A DNA stretch of 22,210 nt from Fimicolochytrium jonesii. Its lineage: Eukaryota. Positions 21,142-22,210 of the stretch are shown here, piece after piece. Location: the NCBI RefSeq assembly GCF_025526975.1, contig NW_026515675.1, positions 930,001-952,210 of the forward strand. Reading direction: 5' to 3'. The notes beneath the pieces were generated by a model, which worked only from the letters and a program-made list of their open reading frames with translations, was not told the origin of the DNA and did no database searches. The position numbers and the translations under genes were made by a program. The stretch's first letter is position 1; every line of letters starts with the position of its first letter.

Positions 21142-21691
21142 CAGGACTGTTCCCGGTTATGGGTTATTTTTGGCCATCCAAAAAGTGTCAAACAAAGTTG
21201 CTAGCAATGTTCAGGGGCATCTTACTGTAATGTGCTTCAAATTTTGGGGCATGTTTTCCACTCAATGCCCCGGGAAAATCTGTTTTTCCGATTTTTTACT
21301 ATGAAAATATTGCCAAAATGCATTTTCTGAAACTCTGAGTGGATGGATTTCGCTTAAAGTGGAATATGTCTCGGAAAACATCCCCAAAAACATCTAGGAA
21401 CCTTCATCTACTCTAGTATTCATCAACTCCTGGTACTTTTTGTTTCCAGGCAATATGGGGGTGTTCTCTAGTTGGCGGCGAATGACTCATTTTGGTTTGC
21501 TCTCAATTTGCTCCATGTTTAAATCCTTTTAAGGCCCAAATACTTTCTTTTCTTCCATTGCTCCTCCTGTTGGTGGAGGATGGCAAATGCCTTTTTGCAT
21601 TGCAATACATGGATATGACAGGGTGTTTGTCAACCAGCAAATCATGGAAAAAGCATGCAGTGCATGTCCATTTGCATGCCCTATGTCATCC
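21142..21691. other. Unit B: 550-bp insert between telomeric arrays
   Basis: AT-rich, CpG-poor, no convincing ORF. Begins CAGGAC after GGGTTA, similar to the CAAGAC start of unit A. Confidence 0.6.
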
Positions 21692-21809
21692 GTTAGGGTT
21701 AGGGTTAGGGTTAGGGTTAGGGTTAGGGTTAGGGTTAGGGTTAGGGTTAGGGTTAGGGTTAGGGTTAGGGTTAGGGTTAGGGTTAGGGTTAGGGTTAGGG
21801 TTAGGGTTA
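21692..21809 (+). repeat. Telomeric array 3, ~19 units
   Basis: Perfect TTAGGG tandem. Confidence 0.98.
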
Positions 21810-22210
21810 CAAGACCCCCTGGGTTGGGTTTTATTATTGGGTTGCCTGGAACCCTAGGGACTTAGAAATTTTCGAGTTTTTTGGCTTTTGGGTGTGTTCT
21901 ACAGTTCGAATTTTTGACTCTGAGGGATGTAGTGGCGAGGGGTGTTGCGCACCTAGGCAAGTCGGGGAGGACTAGGTGTGCAAGGGCAAGTGATGGGTCA
22001 TATGGGCGGTGGTGCGGGTACGGGGGGCGGCAGGGGTGCCACTAGGGGGGGGGGGGTTGATATAAAGGGGACATATATGTTATATATACGTTATAGGACT
22101 TGTGCAAATTGGGATTTTTCTAGTGCCGATCCGGAGTTGGCGTCCTAATTGAAAAGTTGGCCCCATATCATTCTCTAATTGAAGTACTCTCGGATTGGCA
22201 ATCTGTGCGG
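21810..22210 (-). mobile_element. Second copy of unit A (runs off the window)
   Basis: Direct repeat of 17978-18382 with only a few substitutions and short indels. Confidence 0.9.

Noticed and set aside
20733..21191. ORFs with (NP)n, (LG)n or (VR)n here and at 17648-18025 and 21492-21865
   Set aside because: They are translations of TTAGGG arrays, not genes.
17843..22210. CRISPR-like repeat/spacer interpretation
   Set aside because: The repeats are eukaryotic telomeric hexamers, the inserts are 0.5-2.9 kb, and there are no cas genes.

Overview
Eukaryotic, intron-containing DNA with TTAGGG telomeric repeats. The gene content points to a fungus, possibly an early-diverging lineage (inference). 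The window looks like the right end of a chromosome. 1-10 kb: a small Tc1/mariner-type MITE, three spliced housekeeping genes (BZZ1-like F-BAR/C1/SH3-SH3, ICP55-like Xaa-Pro aminopeptidase, CDC11-like septin) and a V/E/I-rich repeat protein with a CsbD-like tail. 11-15.5 kb: a ~1000-aa TPR-CHAT (caspase-like) protease, facing a C2-like ORF that was decapitated by an LTR. 15.5-17.8 kb: three nested or broken Ty3/gypsy fragments, with breakpoints sealed by telomeric repeats. 17.8-22.2 kb: three (TTAGGG)n arrays separated by discrete inserts. These are a 2.9-kb unit A carrying one intact, intronless 522-aa ORF (no RT or helicase motifs, C-terminal topoisomerase-type Zn ribbon), a 550-bp unit B, and the start of a second near-identical unit A. 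The most interesting candidate is this telomere-embedded, tandemly repeated element that lacks a recognisable transposase or RT. All calls were made by eye; no database searches were run.
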